Source: Malacoraja senta (Eukaryota). From it: a DNA stretch of 64,000 bases. Below the pieces are notes generated by a model that saw only the letters and a list, made by a program, of their open reading frames with translations, did no database searches and was not told the DNA's origin. A program made the position numbers and the translations under genes. Of the stretch, positions 61,804-64,000 are shown piece after piece (the first letter of the stretch is position 1; every line of letters begins with the position of its first letter). The stretch lies in contig CM075978.1 of assembly GCA_038087875.1 (NCBI GenBank), positions 165,602,001 through 165,666,000 of the forward strand. The letters are read 5' to 3'.

Positions 61804-63692
61804 ACAGAAAAATTTAAATATTTGGGAATCGAAATTACCAGAACATATCAAGGTATGTTCAGGGCAAATTTTGACCCCCTACTTAATAAATTAAATACAC
61901 TAATTAAATTCTGGAAAATGCTCCCGATGTCTTTAATAGGCCGAATAAACGCAATAAAAATGATCTTTTTACCACAAATTTTATACCTATTTCAATCAAT
62001 TCCTATATACTTACCAAAGAAGTTTTTTAAAAAACTCGACTCAGATATCACTAATTTTATATGGGACTATAAATCACATAGAATACAAAAAACTCATCTG
62101 AATAAACCTAAAGTATTGGGGGGTTTAGCACTACCTAATTTTATGTATTATTATTGGTCAGTAAATAATAAAAACATGATTCAACTGATGGATAACTCCG
62201 CCCAGCAAGTAGACTGGATTGTAATGGAGAAAGAGGATTGCTCCTCTAGAAACATTGGAGCGATCCTCCTCTCTCCAATGAAACTGAATAACATAAATTA
62301 TAATAAGAACCCAATTATTCATAGTACAATCCGTATTTGGAAACAAATAAAACAAAATTTAAAATTAAGAAATTTATCACTTTTATTACCTATAGTCAAT
62401 AACCCTTCGTTTAGTCCTTCTATTATAGATAAAGCTTATACACAATGGGATAGACTAGGAATTAAAACGCTTGGTGACTTGTATGAAACTGGAAAATTAC
62501 TTTCATTTCAACAATTACAAATAAAATATAAACTCGGAAATAATCAATATTTTAAATATTTTCAAATATGCGACTATTTGAAAAAATATACAAAAGATCA
62601 TTATAATAACCCAGTAGATGTATTGGACGAGGCAATGCAGATAAAAGCGGAATCAGCAAACTTAATATCATATTTGTATAATATTATTTTAAATGTACAA
62701 ATACCACCTACGGAGGGTATCAGAAGAGACTGGGAACAAGAGTTAGCTATTAAAATTTCAAAGGAAAGTTGGAATGAATACTTATTAAACGTGCATAAAT
62801 GCTCGATTAATGTAAGACACACTTTAAAACAATTTAAAATTTTACATAGATTATATTATTCGAAAACTAAAATTCATAACATTTTCCCAAATGTATCATC
62901 TATTTGTGATAAATGTCAATCCCAAGAAGCTACTATAGCGCACTCATTCGTCTTCTGTACAAAAATTCAAAAATTTTGGAATGAAATTTTTGAAATCTTT
63001 ACAAAGTTATTTAAAACAAGACTGATACCCAAAGCAGAATGGATTATCTTCGGAATAACGGAAGATGATCCAGAACTAAATGTGTTTCAAAAGAAATTAA
63101 TGGACTTTGGAAGAAGGCTCCAATACCAACTATAAATATGTGGATTTCAAATATGTTTGAAACATTACACCTAGAAGAGATAAGACTCCTCCTAGCAGGT
63201 AAACCAGATCACTTCCACCTGACGTGGTCTGCATTTATAGAATTATTACAAACATAGGGTGCAAAAGTACTTTAAAAAAAATAAAAAATTGAGGTCAGGT
63301 AAGGGGGGATGATAGTTGAAGAGTTGGTATGTCCTATTTACATAATGCTCAAAAAAATATTTATTTTCTTTTTTTTTTTTTTCCTCTCTCTCTTTCTCTT
63401 TTTTTTCCTAGGGCCTATTTCTTAACTCTTTTTCTTTTGTTTTTAATTTCGCTCTTATAGGGTCTTCGTCCTTTTTTGTTGTTACATTTTCTACACTTTT
63501 CTACACTTTCACTTTTTCCTTCACTTTCTTCTTTCTTTCAATCTTTTCCTTTTCTAGTGTAAAAAAATAAATAAAGGGAGTACATTAATTGTAAGAAGAT
63601 ATAAATGACGAGTATTAATGTATGTGGTTGTAATGTAATGTATTTCTAATAAATAAAAATAAAAAAAAATAAAAAAAAAAAAAAAAAAAAAC
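61804..63692 (+). mobile_element. L1 LINE, 5'-truncated, young
   Basis: FKYLGI, GGLALPN, C-terminal CDKC...HSFVFC zinc knuckle; AATAAA + poly(A); TSD CTTCCATACAGTT at 61791-803 / 63693-705. Confidence 0.92.
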
Positions 63693-64000
63693 CTTCCATA
63701 CAGTTCTGGTGAAGGAGATTATCATTGTAAACATCAGGTCAGAACTTGCTAAGATATGCCAGCAGTTCTCAGCTCAAGAGCCACCAAGTTCAGGTACCCT
63801 GGACAAATATGGAAGTCCTGAGGAAGTTGGCCAGTGTGTCAAACTCCTCATGGAGCCCAGCAACAAAGTACAAACTGCAGAGCAGTGATCTTCTTCTTAT
63901 CGACTCCACACACAAGATTAGAAGTTGTTCAGCTTCCTGTGCTTCTTGTGCATGGTGGTGGAAAGATTGGCGAAAACAGGGCCGCGACGTGAACACTCTT

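Noticed and set aside
1-64000. Prokaryotic systems (CRISPR arrays, operons, defence islands)
   Set aside because: Sequence is vertebrate intronic DNA; no regularly spaced repeat-spacer array or gene-dense region.

Overview
Vertebrate genomic DNA, most likely from a cartilaginous fish (skate/ray inferred from abundant HE1-type V-SINEs with CR1 tails). The window lies inside a cadherin-13 (CDH13/T-cadherin) gene on the + strand. Three coding exons (12813-12953, 49639-49821, 58316-58569; 141/183/254 bp, all AG/GT bounded) are separated by 36.7 kb and 8.5 kb introns. The introns are packed with transposons: two full-length degenerate DIRS1-type tyrosine-recombinase retrotransposons, CR1, L2, Rex/Babar and L1 LINEs, Penelope-like elements, hAT/Tc1/Harbinger-like DNA elements and about 15 V-SINEs. 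Highlights: (1) a 135-bp TSD-flanked retroposon (57641-57775, - strand) whose first 54 nt fold into a complete, near-minimal HDV-like self-cleaving ribozyme starting exactly at the element's 5' end; (2) about 20 short Penelope-derived insertions carrying a minimal hammerhead core, often as inverted pairs with long TSDs, with intact cores seen only antisense to CDH13; (3) two divergent ~0.75-0.85 kb non-coding retroelements with Rex/Babar-like tails; (4) a ~4.4 kb repeat-poor intronic island with candidate conserved enhancers. Family names come from recognition, not database searches, and repeat boundaries without TSDs are approximate.
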